From contig OZ024740.1 in assembly GCA_964016885.1 (NCBI GenBank), positions 111,910,001 through 111,974,000 on the forward strand: 64,000 bases of DNA, in the 5' to 3' direction. This DNA is from Eledone cirrhosa. Its lineage: Eukaryota. The notes under the pieces are model-generated. The model saw nothing but the letters and a program-made list of their open reading frames with translations, did no database searches and was not told the DNA's origin. A program made the translations under genes and the position numbers. Below, piece after piece: positions 14,265 to 29,959 of the stretch (the stretch's first letter is position 1; every line of letters starts with the position of its first letter).

Positions 14265-14872
14265 GTGGCTGCCAACTCGTTTTCGAGTACGGCCACTACT
14301 TTATATCCATGTAGGAGAACCCCTACCGATGCGCTGAACGAGTGTGACTTTTTAGTCCAGCCCGCGACTTGAAAACTCTGGTACAAACACTACACCTGTG
14401 ACAATTATTGACACACAGTGCTGGGCCCATGGTACCATGTGATGACAAGTGCAGAGAGATCTCCAGATATAAAGCAATGCCTGTACCGTGAAGCTTTTAT
14501 AGTGAGCAAAGGCATTGCACAAAGCCAGTCCCACTCTCTTAACCAAGATGATATTTACCAAAAAGAAGAACAAGTCAACATCATTGGATACCATCAGGGT
14601 TGCAGGTGTTATATCAGAGTTTTCCTTCTCCTAGAATTCTGCCTTGACAAAGGCTAAGGGGTCATCTCTCCCGGTGATTTTGGATGGCCATTGACTCTTA
14701 AGAGCTCCTTTGCCCTTTGACAGGTTTTGTTTTTAATCCTGCAGGATGTCCAAAGTCACCCTCCTCACCAAGAAACCTTGGTGGGGTTGCCAGTTTAGTC
14801 GCCAACGACCCGACCATGAGACAGGTTGTACTGGGATACATGTTACCAGTAGCACCAACTGGTGACCTGACA
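14265..14872 (-). mobile_element. Internally deleted (non-autonomous) RTE-like element
   Basis: Highly similar to 37730-38273 in the opposite orientation; RTE-type 5' UTR joined to a C-terminal C2H2-like remnant; (TACA)n flanks. Confidence 0.6.
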
Positions 14873-15389
14873 TAATATATACATACATACATATACATAC
14901 ATACATACATATACACACATACATACATACATATACATACATACATACATATACATACATACATACATATATATACATACATACACATACATATATATAC
15001 ATACATACATATACATACATACATACATACATATACATACATACACATACATATATATACATACATACACATACATATATATATATACATACATACATAT
15101 ACATACACATATACATATACATACATACATACACATACATATACATACATACATACATATACATACATATATACATATACATACATATACATACATACAT
15201 ATACATACACACATACATATATACATGCATACATATGCATACATATGCATACATACATGCATCACTATGTATTTGTTACTCAAATTCTACTGAAAATAAA
15301 CAGCAAACATACGTTTTACGAATACAATTTCTTAGATTTATTGTAAAACTTTGCAATACTTGGATGGCGGTCGCAAGAACGTGTGGAAG

Positions 15390-15630
15390 AGTAGATGCAC
15401 GCCAGTGGGGGAACAGATGCATGCCAGTGGGGTAACAGATACATGACAGTGAAGGACCAGATGCATGACAGTGAAGGATCAGATGCATGCCAGTGGAGAA
15501 CCAGATGAATGCCAGTGGAGGACCAGATGAATGCCAGTGGAGGTCCAGATGCATGCCAGCGGAGGACCAGATGAATGCCAGTGGAGGACCAGATGCATGC
15601 CAGTGGAGGACCAGATGATTCCCAGTAGAG
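15390..15630. repeat. 22-bp minisatellite (GGACCAGATGCATGCCAGTGGA)n, about 10 copies
   Basis: Direct inspection of the periodic units. Confidence 0.85.
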
Positions 15631-15910
15631 GCTGGTAGTCAGAATTTTGCAAGTTGTTCTTTGAATAAAGCCTATGAAAACCTGACCATTACAGGAGAGA
15701 GTAGGAGGGGATCCTGCAAAGTAGCATAGAATAAGCAGAGATGGATTCTAGATGGTTATGCCTATAAAGAACTGACCAGTGGGGGTGGTTGTATATATTT
15801 GGACACAGTCAAGTTATCGGGATGAGGGTATATGTTGCAAGACCCGAAACACCCAGTGACACAAGGAAAAAACACTGATAATGGAACCAAGGATTTGATT
15901 CAGTGGATAT
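15616..15910 (+). pseudogene. Degenerate 3' end of a Hero-like RLE non-LTR element
   Basis: FPVEAGSQNFASCSLNKAY resembles the PVEVGCRGF..SL motif; 3' UTR GACCCGAAACACCCAGTGACAC. Confidence 0.45.
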
Positions 15911-17221
15911 ATAAAGAACATAATGTTCATCATAAAACTTTACTTTTGTTGCTAAATTGTAAACTATAGAAGTTTGTGTCTTTGTTAGGAGCCAGTAATA
16001 TTTTATTTATTTGAAGAGTCTAAGTAATTAAAAAAGAATGATCAAACATACATACAACACATTCATACACACACATATAACGTGTGTGTATAAAACTGAA
16101 GATCAGACGTTCACAATAAAGCAGTAAAGAAACCCAATACACATTATGCTGGAAAAACCTTACAATTGCACAGACACTTTTACGGACGCACATTTATACT
16201 TGCAAAGAAGATCACCCCATCCCCCACAGATACACGCACACACTGTAAATGATGAGAAAATGAAGGAACAAATACCTAAAATATAAATAAAATAAAATAT
16301 AAAATAGCACCCCACACCCACACCCACACCCACACAACCCCCCACACACACACAACAAAACCATATTTAAAGACATTTTCGAGATATTTTTCAATTTTAA
16401 ATTCGAAAATTAAAACCTCGTTAATGAATTGATTTAATTTTCATTCCTTAATTGTTTGAATATTTTATCGTTGTTTTCATTTCAATAGTAATAATAATAA
16501 TAATAATAATAATATTTTCTTTATTAACCACAGGGGTTGACACAAAGTATGACATTAAGGACATTACAGGACGGTACAAATGGGCATTTCTGCGTGTAAA
16601 AAAAAAAAAACAGAGGATGTAACAAAAAAAAAGAAACAATGAAAAATTCATAATAATAAACATAGGGGTTAAAATATACATTGGGGCTGGAGAAATTTAT
16701 TAAAAAACTGATCTTAGAGAGCAAGGATGTTATACAATAGATACATGAACTTTATAAAACATGAACACAAATATTTAGAATGATGATGATGATGGTGATG
16801 ATGAATGAGCCATCCATGATATTTTAGGGTCTCCCATTCATTAACCATTCTTTTATTTAGTCATTCCTGATTAATATTATTATTGTTTTTGGTTCTGTTT
16901 TTTGGGGGGGTTTTGGGGGTTTTTTTTAAATTAAATTTGATTTAATTTAAAAATACATTCTTGCAATTGTATTTGCGTGGAATGTTCTTAGTTTTCAACC
17001 TCAAACATTTTGTCTGACTACAAAAAGGAAACATTTTCTCTGTAAATGTTCAGATGTGTTTGTTGTTACCGATTAATTAAATATAAGGATATATTTGAAA
17101 TTATTGTTGGGGTATGTTGAATAGTCGTCGCAAATGTTTAGAGGTGTTGAACTCGAAATTATAAAGTGGAGGGCTTGAATCTTGTATCGAGTTCGTGAGT
17201 TAGATTATTTGATCTTGCCAT

Positions 17222-17270
<49 letters not shown>

Positions 17271-17389
17271 AAGAGTGAAGTATAACAAAGTTAACAGTAC
17301 AAAAAGTGTTTTATTTACAGAAATAACAATTGTTTCATTGGAGTATTCACAACGTCTAACTGGATTACCTATAACGATAACTTGTTATC

Positions 17390-17499
<110 letters not shown>

Positions 17500-17819
17500 C
17501 GGAATACAAAAAACAGACAATGCAGGAGTACATGTTACAAATAGTGAATATATATATATATATGTAAAAGGTAAACAGAAATAATAATACAATCGGTACA
17601 GTATGTGGAAGGAATACATTAGGTTAATGCTGGAAATAGCAGGAAGAGGCTCTTAACGTTCGGACGCTAGTCCTTCATCAGAAGAAAGAATGAGAAATAA
17701 GATAGATTGAAGGGACGGGTGGGGTGGAATTGGAATAAAAAAGTCTTTAGATAAAAATAACAGGTCCATTCATGTTGACATCGCTTGGAAAAGAGAGAGA
17801 AGGGGGTGGGGAAAATGGC

Positions 17820-17912
17820 TTGTACAGGACGAGAACTGTTTCATTCATATGAAAACATCAGGAATATTCCTGATGATTTCATATGAATGAAACAGTTCTA
17901 ATTCTGTCGTAC
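17820..17912. repeat. Short family N foldback centred on GGAATATTCC, with an HHR core on the plus strand
   Basis: CTGATGA(17870)-tttcatatgaat-GAAA-cag..ctg-TC; mirror image at 17824-17865; stem I lost. Confidence 0.6.
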
Positions 17913-18009
17913 AAATTTTTATATATATAATAAAGATGCCTATATTGGGTATCTTTTTTAACTGTGGTCCCCCTCCCCCCGCCCGACGCAACTTGGGGAC
18001 CTACGCATT

Positions 18010-18393
18010 ATTATAATAATAATAATAATAATAATGATTTCTTTATTAACCACAAGGGTTTACATAAAGTAGACATTAAGGACAGTGCAGGACAATACAG
18101 GACGGTACAAATGGGTATTTCTGCGTGTAAAAAACAAAAACAGAGGATGTAACAGAAAAATAACAAAGAAAAATTCCCCTATAGGAGGGACATTTGTGTA
18201 GAAAGCCCAGTAAAAGGCCACAATGACCCTGACCACCAAGGCAAGTGCCCTCTCCCAATTTTCCACCTTTAATTTACAGACACATACTCAGAGTAGGCCC
18301 ATTCACTCGGGCCATTCTTTCTTCTCTCACCCATCTTTCAACAAAATGCTGGGAAGAGAGCACTTCCCTCTCTACTCTGATTTTCCTTTTTAA

Positions 18394-18430
<37 letters not shown>
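18010..18430 (-). mobile_element. 3' fragment of a LINE between (TAA)n/(TTA)n tracts; related shorter copy at ~16490-16680
   Basis: Shared TTTATTAACCACA...GGACGGTACAAATGGG...CAGAGGATGTAAC in both copies; residual ORF end EREVLSSQHFVERW. Confidence 0.5.
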
Positions 18431-18435
<5 letters not shown>

Positions 18436-18750
18436 GTGACGAACTGACTGGTTATAACAAAGTATTGGTGATCGATTGACGCAAAAACAGGCGGGTAGCG
18501 ATCTCTAGACCTACCAGTTCAGAGAAACAATTGTCAGCAATGTGAATAAAGCCCTTATTGTATAGCAAACCGTGTCACCCTTCTTTCTTGATTTATTATT
18601 ACTCCAAGTGTAAACTACATAGAAATCACCGCGTACTCGCAGCATCACTATGGAAACGTCTTGTTGAGTCAAACTTAGCCAAGCGTTAATACTATCCACT
18701 ACTCGGAGTACCCTCACTGGACTACATCTAAGTGGACTACCTATAGCAAT
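18436..18750 (+). mobile_element. pLTR-like cassette (family S) truncated inside the HHR core
   Basis: TGACGA-actgactgg...ccagttcaga-GAAA-caattg-TC-agca; homologous to ~4331-4480 on the opposite strand. Confidence 0.65.
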
Positions 18751-18763
18751 AATTTGTTATCCC

Positions 18764-18800
<37 letters not shown>

Positions 18801-18841
18801 TAGATATATATATAAGATATATAATATATATAATATATATA

Positions 18842-18891
<50 letters not shown>

Positions 18892-19446
18892 ATATATATT
18901 ATATATATATATATATATTATATATTATATATATATATCATAAACAATGGTATGCTCCCAGCGTTACTAACTTACACAATTCCTTTTACCCGTTCTTCTT
19001 TCATCATTGTCGTAAGACCCTTAATTTTGCTGCCTACTGCTATATTCTAGTCGAAGGCCTTTCTCGTTCACAGTTATTTGATGGATTTGATTCGAATTAT
19101 GAAGGGGAAATGTGTTTTTCTTTTAATTTCTTTATCTATTTTATCAAAATTATCGTACATCATTCGTTTTCTGTGGTTCTCCCACCCGAGAATTCCATAA
19201 CTCCCGTTTCGAACACGATTGTAATAATAATAATTTGCCTACGTTCAGCTTATTTCAAATGTAAGATGTTTGTATTTGACAAGTTTCTCCACCACATTCT
19301 CGGCAGTGCTATCAGAGTACATATATTTTCATTCCAGTGTTAAATAGTAATATTTGCACAGATTGCCTTTAACAATTATATTTAACTTTGCTTATAATAT
19401 CATAACTTACGTTTCATAATTACATCATTATTTGCCTTTGAAGGGA

Positions 19447-19632
19447 GGTGGATTAGCAGTATCGGTAGAAGGTCGGATGCCATGCTTTGACGTATAGAGT
19501 TACGGCCCTTGCCATTCTGGGTTCAAATCCCGCCGAGGTTAACTTTGCCTTTCATCCTTACGGGGTCGATAAAATAAAGTACCATTAATGCACTGGATAA
19601 TTGCTGCCCTAGTGCCAAACGTAGAAACAATT
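19447..19632 (+). mobile_element. tRNA-derived SINE (family 1), near full length
   Basis: Matches the 12099-12280 copy. Confidence 0.8.
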
Positions 19633-20416
19633 ATTATTTGCCTTTCATAATTATATTTATATTCAAAAAGCCGGTTGACTTAAGCAGCAATGAGAAAATC
19701 TGCAATTTGAAATGTAGTCATCCCAAAGCAAATAAGTATAAAAAGAAAATCGATCAGAAAATCGGTTATAGTAACCCAGGAGACGAGCAAAACAGGGACA
19801 GAAGCACCTACGTAGAATCGAACGCCGCAACTGAGTGCGTTGACCACGACGATAAAAAGTTATTGGTCTCCAAGTTCATATCTGTTAGACACGAAGTGAC
19901 TAACAACAGATTGTTTTAAGTCTGCGTGTCTTGTGATGATGATGTGATGTGTGTGTGACATACATGCGTAGCTTGTGAATAAAAAATTCAAGGGGTATCG
20001 CTGGCCGTGGTGATCCCTCCCAAACATCTTTTGTAATGTATCGTCTTATTGGCTAATTTCATCGTCTTATTGGCTAATCAACCAACGAGAGTAATTGTTG
20101 CTCAAAAGCATCCGCCACTTTGTTTGCACGTTTATTTATCGTTTCGCTTTCGAATCTTCCTCCAGTATTTCGTCGTTTATCATCAAAATATTTTTCTCGT
20201 TTTGGTAAGTTATATTGTTAATTTATATATGATTTTTTAAATTTATATTAACTATTAAAAGTCTGAAAATATTTTTATACATCTTACAATAATATTTATA
20301 AGATCATTTATAAAATAACAATTATATAATGTAATTACATTACAACGATAATTTATTATTAATATATATCATGTTTAACTAGAATTATTACAAGCGTTGC
20401 CTTAAAAAAATATTAA

Positions 20417-20838
20417 ACTAGACCTGAAAAATGCGCAAGCTCAAAAGAGCCACAGAATGTTATAATAAACCTTCAAAAATATTGTAATCATTATCTATCG
20501 TACAATCTGTGGCATCCTTTTATAAAAAAAGAGACTCATAGCGAACTCAAGACGACACGATAATTATTTAAGTGAATTTATAATATAGAATTCGGTTTAA
20601 GTGAATTTCGTATTAATCATTACTAAACAACTAATATGAGATATTGAACATTAGCTTAAATAATTATTGTGTCGTTTTGAGTTCGTTATGAGTCTCTTTT
20701 TCATAAAAGGATGCTACAGAGTGTACGATAGATAATGATTACAATATTTTTGAGCAACAACTCTAGTCCCACACTTTTGAAGGTTTATTATAACATTCTG
20801 TGGCTCTTTTGAGCTTGCGCATTTTTCAGGTCTAGTTA
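20417..20838. mobile_element. Foldback/MITE-like element with ~155-bp inverted arms
   Basis: ACTAGACCTGAAAAATGCGCAAGCTC... mirrored by ...GAGCTTGCGCATTTTTCAGGTCTAGT; ~25-bp indel in one arm; no HHR seen. Confidence 0.75.
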
Positions 20839-21159
20839 TTAAAAGACTTTAATCATGTAGCTATCAAATTTCAAATTTTCCCACTGACCCTTTAGTCAAC
20901 ATTTCGAGTTAGAGGTTTATAATGTTTTAAAAAGACAGAATAAGTTTCCAGCGTCGTTATAGCGAAGTGGTTAACGCACTTGACCGTCATCCGAGAATAT
21001 CTATTCACCAGATGAGAAAATAAGTAACATTGTTTATACAAACATTATAAATTGACCCAATTAATAAAGAAATCCGTCCTCATCAAGAGAATTATGCTTC
21101 GGAGTAGATATGCTCTGACATGGAAGAAAGAAATGTGAAAGACATACTATTGTGGTTAT

Positions 21160-21188
21160 TGCCCGGCAACGACGGGCTACTAACGTAG

Positions 21189-21190
<2 letters not shown>
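21160..21190 (+). mobile_element. Helitron-like 3' end
   Basis: Hairpin GCCCGGCAACGACGGGC followed by ...GTAGT and (TA)n; related motif at 59044-59075. Confidence 0.4.
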
Positions 21191-21222
<32 letters not shown>

Positions 21223-21284
21223 GGTGTGTGTGTATATATATATGTGTGTGTGTATATATATGTGTGTATATATATATATATATG

Positions 21285-21358
<74 letters not shown>

Positions 21359-21363
21359 TGTAT

Positions 21364-21441
<78 letters not shown>

Positions 21442-21483
21442 ATATACATATATGTATATATATATGTATATGTATATATATAA

Positions 21484-22853
<1,370 letters not shown>

Positions 22854-22888
22854 TATATATATATAAATAAGTATATATATGTGTGTGC

Positions 22889-22960
<72 letters not shown>

Positions 22961-23157
22961 CTGCTTGGGTGCGTGTGTGTGTGCGTGCGTCTGCTTGGGT
23001 GCGTGTGTGTGTATATGTATGTATGCATATGTATATATATGTATGTATATGTATATATATGTATGTATATGCATATGTATATATATATATATATATACAT
23101 ACACACACACATACATATATATATATAATATCTATATATATATATATATATATATAT

Positions 23158-23411
23158 AGTAATAATAATAAATTTGAAGACTAAAATCCCAAAAGGGCTC
23201 GATAAGGATAAATATATATCAAATATATAAGAACCGTAGAGCAAATATTTATTAAAATAACAGATTAAAGTTTAAGCAAAGAATCGCTGCTTTCGCCCTT
23301 AACGGGATCTTCTGAAACTAACAAAGTCAATCTGTAAACGCAGAACTGGATATTTCAAAAAACGTTGCAACCGGAGGAAGACAGGAAGACGATACTTAAT
23401 CTGTTATTTTA

Positions 23412-23420
<9 letters not shown>
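23158..23420 (-). mobile_element. pLTR-like cassette (family K) with HHR 23269-23319 (CAGAAGA core) and short inverted end
   Basis: agttt-CAGAAGA-tccc gttaa gggc-GAAA-gca..tgc-TT-aaact; other copies at ~23830-23998, 28040-28262, 29998-30163, 33255-33478, 35325-35490, 46958-47185, 58660-58910. Confidence 0.75.
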
Positions 23421-23505
<85 letters not shown>

Positions 23506-23992
23506 GTATATACGCATTCATATATATGTATATATAAAGTTAGAAAAGTATCATATATCTATGTATAGCTACACATTTTCTACTCATACCAAATCACCAC
23601 CAAAAAAACAAGATCCTTCACTACCGGATATATACACATACATACTACAGACACAATCACAGTTGAATGAAGTGAAGTCTTGTAAGACAGCTGAGTCATC
23701 ATTTAGGTTTCATAGTATATACAACTGTTTATTGTAGTTTTATGACTAATATCCTTATACATACATGCATAGATCCACACACATATATATGTATATATAT
23801 ATATATGTATGTATATATATATATATATAGTAATAATAATAAATTTGAAGACTAAAATCCAAAAAGGGCTCGATAAGGATAAATATATATCAGATATATA
23901 AGAACCGTAGAGCAAATATTTATTAAAACCGATTAAAGTTTAAGCAAAGAATCGGTGCTTTCACTTTGCTTAAACTTTAATCTGTTATTTTA

Positions 23993-24120
<128 letters not shown>

Positions 24121-24330
24121 ATATATATATATATATATGCATATATATATGTATATATATATATATATATTTCATATACATATATGTATATATCTATATA
24201 TGCATATATATATATATGTATATATCTATATATATATATCAATATATGTATATATGTATATATATGTATATATATATGCATATATATATATGTGTATATA
24301 TATATATGTGTGTATACACACACACATACA

Positions 24331-24593
<263 letters not shown>

Positions 24594-24882
24594 CATGCAT
24601 ACATATATACCCACAATAAACAGTTATTGTAATTAGTATTATTGTATATAGAGATCTGTAGATATCATTCACCAACCACCAACTGTGTAAACAAAGTTGT
24701 CAATACTAACAAGAACCAGAAGTGGAAAGGGGTACATTAAAGTATTTGTTGTCAATCATTGTTATTCTTGTGATGATGATGATGGTAATGGTCGTCCTTT
24801 GGTTGTTGTTGTTGCTGGTGAAGTTTTGGCAGTGGTGGTGATGGTGTTGTTGCTGTTATCATGGAGAGAATAAAGCTAATAA

Positions 24883-25680
24883 TTGTTTCTACTTTTTGGC
24901 AGTAATGTTTACTCCCAGTGCATTACTGGTGCTTGATATTATCGACCTAATAAGGATGAAAGGCAAAGTTAACCTCGCCGGGATTTGAAATCAGAACGAA
25001 AGGGCCATAACTCTATGCTGCAAAGAAGGCTAAAAATTGTTTCTACATTTGACACAAGGTCAGCAATTACTCCAGTGCATTACTGGTGCTATATTTCATC
25101 GAGCCCGTAAGCATGAAAGACAATGTTAACTTCGGCGGGATTTGAACTCAGAACGTAAAAAAGGGTATTAATGATGGTGGTGTAGAGTATTACCCGCGAA
25201 ATCCCAAATGATAAACTGTCGACGAAGGACCTTTACTGCGGATTTTTATTGAACTGGTCAGCCGAATGGAAACTTTCGGTGGGGTAGGTAACGAAACCTA
25301 AATTTTTTAGGGGTAGATCTTCGGACGTTTTGCAGCATAGAGTTACGGCCCTTTATGATCTGAGTTCAAATACCGCCGAGGTTAACTTTGCCTTTCATCC
25401 TTACAGGGTCGATAAAGTAAAGTACCAGTAATATACTGGGGTCAATTTAATCGACTTTCCGTTCCCCCAAAATTGCTGGCCTTGTGCCTATATAATAAAC
25501 CATTATTATTAGGGCTGTGTATTGGCAATATCCTTAGTGCGTCGAACATGGTTTGCGGCATATAGTTACGTCCATTTATTTTCTGTGTTCAAATCACACT
25601 GACTAACGTGCTGGCTCGACTCAATCGACTTTCCCCTTCCCCAAATTGCTGGCCTTGTGCCTAAATCAGAAGTCATTATA
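24883..25680. mobile_element. Cluster of family 1 SINE copies in both orientations
   Basis: Minus copies at ~24883-25025 and 25037-25160; plus copies at ~25320-25500 and 25520-25680. Confidence 0.7.
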
Positions 25681-26231
25681 ATCCCTCGATTGACCGAGTC
25701 CTTTAAACATCATCAAAAATTCCTTAAGGTATTTCTTTCGTATCCTTCAAGGTCGACATCTACAGATATTTCTTCTCATTTTCCACGTTACTTTTTTTTT
25801 TCTGTTTTCTAGATTTTTCTTTTGTTTCTCAGGGATGGTGGGGGACCTATATATTTAACAAACATTTTTTCGTATTTTCAGATACCTTTATGCTTTTTCT
25901 CAATCTAGAGTTATTTTCTCAATCTATAATATAATTGTTTTTCTGATTATTTTTTTCCTGATTTTTTCCTGGGTTTTATTTATTAAACAATTTTTTCGGA
26001 TTTTTTTTCTTCTAATTTTTTCCTGATATTTTTAAAGATATTTTTTTTTTAATTCTTCTGATATTTCCTGATTTTTCTAACACTAAGTATATTTTCCTTT
26101 ATGGTCATCCGCATAGACAATATCATGCATAGACAACAGCTTGTGTTTCGCATATACTGTGCCAAAGCCTGATCTTGGAACAAGTAGCCCCATATATCTG
26201 TGCTTGTGTGTGTGCGCGTAAATATATATAT

Positions 26232-26267
<36 letters not shown>

Positions 26268-26269
<2 letters not shown>

Positions 26270-26490
26270 GTGCCTGGCTTAGTGGTGAGAACATTGGGTT
26301 GCAAGCAAGAGGTTGTTAGTTCGATTCTCGAACCGGGTGATACATTGTGTCCTTGAGCAAAACATTTCATTTCTCGTTGCACCATTTTACTCAGCTTTAG
26401 AAATGAGTTACGACGTCACTTGTGCCAAGCTGTATTTGCCATTGTCTTTCCCTTAGACAACGTCGGTGGCGTGGAGAGAGGAGCCAGGTA
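26268..26490 (+). mobile_element. tRNA-derived SINE (family 2, CORE/V-like motif); duplicated at ~31437-31655 and ~36763-36980
   Basis: TGGCTTAGTGG A-box, GTTCGATTC B-box, TTGTGTCCTTGAGCAAAACA central motif. Confidence 0.7.
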
Positions 26491-26568
26491 TGTAGACTTG
26501 CCCAGACCTGTGCCTAGCTGCAAATCCCATGTTAATTTGTGATTTATGGCAGTCTTTACTCTCTCTCA

Positions 26569-26627
<59 letters not shown>

Positions 26628-26666
26628 TATTAAATAAATGGAAACTATATTATAAAACCATATTTA

Positions 26667-26723
26667 TTCTATTATATATATTTCAAGGGTACCATCACTT
26701 TGGTACGCTCTCATCAGATAAAA
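26667..26723 (-). ncRNA. Type I hammerhead ribozyme; duplicated at 31814-31870 and 37140-37196
   Basis: ttttat-CTGATGA-gag c gtacca aagtga tggtac c ctt-GAAA-tatata-TA-atagaa. Confidence 0.75.
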
Positions 26724-26864
26724 TACAAAGTTTGTTTTATAAATATTGACATATCCACAAAGAAGATCTCAACGGTTCAAGTTTTTCCTGGATAGTCGAG
26801 TGCTTCGAATCAGTTATAAACATTTATATTTGTTGAATTAACAACAAATTAAATATCCCTTTTG

Positions 26865-26930
<66 letters not shown>

Positions 26931-27544
26931 TAAGAGAGGAGGCTGTGTAGTTGCTGGATAAGGTAAACTTAAAAATAAGAAGAAAGTATGAACGGGAGAA
27001 AGTCTTCCTTCATCAGTTCTCTGCTGGCGATCTCGGATATTTCTACGCATTAAAGACAAGATATCTCGTCCCACTGCGTTCAGTAACTAAGGAAAGTTAT
27101 TGGGAAAATAAAGGAGGGAGAGAAGGAAAATATTGGATAACAGAAGGGAAAGGGAAAAAAAGAGAAAGAGAAAAACAGCGAAGATAACGGGAAACAACAA
27201 ACCGAAGAGTGTGTGAGCAACACGAAGAGAGAAAATTAAAGTCAACGACAATAACTTAACATAAGTTCTAGATTATTCGGACGAGAAAAAAAACCACGGC
27301 TGACCTCTGCTAGTGTAAGTGAGAAAAAGACTGCTAGTTAGATAGACGAGGGAAACAATTTTTTTCCATTCCTTCCTCTTTTCACTCTTTACCTTTCTAT
27401 TTTATCTTTTATTTCTAATTCTATCCTCTGAGGAAGGACTCCTTTATTGTTATTTCAAGCGTTAAACTAATATATGTCTTCAATGTACTGTGTCGTTTGC
27501 TTTGTTATTTCTGTTTTCTTTTTACATGCATACATACATATATA

Positions 27545-27971
27545 CATCCACCCTGATTACACCTTCAGATTTATGCCTGTGATTATTGGGGCACTGGGGT
27601 ATGTTAGTAACTGCCTCAATACAAATCATGAGAAGCTGGGCTTCACAGGAACAGATAGGACAGAACTAGTTAGGAAACTACAAATACAATCCATTAATGG
27701 AACAGTAAAAATATGTAAAACATTCCAAAAATTGTGCATCTAATAACTGCATATACACATGTACAGATACAAAGCATATACACATGCACACATACAACTC
27801 AAAACATCCACATCCACACATACAATAACATCCTTATCTACACATACATGCATACATACATATCTACCTAGTTGATGTTGTGTAAATTCCAATGAGAGAG
27901 TCTTATGTCTATGTTAGAAACCGACTCTCTCTCTATTGGTAAAACTTTGTGAAATTATAAAACCAGAAGAA
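27545..27971 (+). pseudogene. 3' end of an R4/Dong-like RLE non-LTR element in (CATA)n; duplicated at ~32760-33186
   Basis: HPDYTFRFMPVIIGALGYV...LQIQSINGTVKICKTF; homologous to 56740-57124; CATA repeats on both sides. Confidence 0.7.
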
Positions 27972-28313
27972 CATACATACATACATACCTAAATACATAC
28001 ATACATATATGTGTATATATATATATATATATACACACATATTTATTAAAAAAACAACTTAAAGTACAAGCAAAGAATCGCTGCTTTCACCCTTAACGGG
28101 ATCTTCAGAAGATCATGTTAAAGGTGAAAGCTGGGATTCTTTGCTTTATCTGTTATTTTAATAACTATTTGTTTTACGGATTTTATATATATTTATATAT
28201 ATATATATTATCCTTATTGATCCCTCTTCGGATTTTAGTCTTCACATTTATTATTATTACTACATATGCATATATATATATACATGTATGTGTAAATGTA
28301 TGTATATATATAT

Positions 28314-28397
<84 letters not shown>

Positions 28398-28402
<5 letters not shown>

Positions 28403-28812
28403 AAAGAATAGAGGTGTAACACACAAGTTATTATATATTGGTAAACGGAATTTTAACATAAAAACAGTCTTGGCGCAAAATCAACTTTTTACATTCACAT
28501 GACCTCTACCGACCAATCAAAATTGTTTTGACCACAAGAATTTTTGCAACACCAGAGTAGCGCTGGCGCCACTTTTTTAACATAAAAACAGGTAGAATTC
28601 CCCAAACTAATCAGATCAGAGCAAACAACACGGACACTCTATCTCAAAATTATTTTTGAAAAGCATTTAGAAATGCGCAACCGGTAAAAACTTCAAAACT
28701 TAAAACCACAACTGAATACTAACCCATACAATTACTAATACTCTTTTATTCCTAATTAAACTATTTTTCAACTGTGAACAATTTGTCAGCATTTTCTATT
28801 CCGTTTACCAAT
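28398..28812. repeat. (TA)n-flanked cassette with inverted terminal segment (family Q); copies at ~33695-34109 and 53787-54066
   Basis: ATTGGTAAACGGAAT / ATTCCGTTTACCAAT inverted ends; no complete HHR recognised. Confidence 0.6.
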
Positions 28813-28818
28813 ATATAT

Positions 28819-29959
<1,141 letters not shown>

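Noticed and set aside
15390-15630. Regular 22-bp repeats resembling a CRISPR array
   Set aside because: Units are contiguous with no unique spacers, there are no cas genes, and the context is eukaryotic
17650-17685. HHR-like CTGATGA-aggactagcgtcc-GAA-cgtt-aagag on the minus strand
   Set aside because: The GAAA core lacks one A, so it counts only as a decayed copy; a further decayed relative lies near 54980
26268-26345. tRNA-like A and B boxes
   Set aside because: No cloverleaf; continues into a SINE body and occurs in multiple copies
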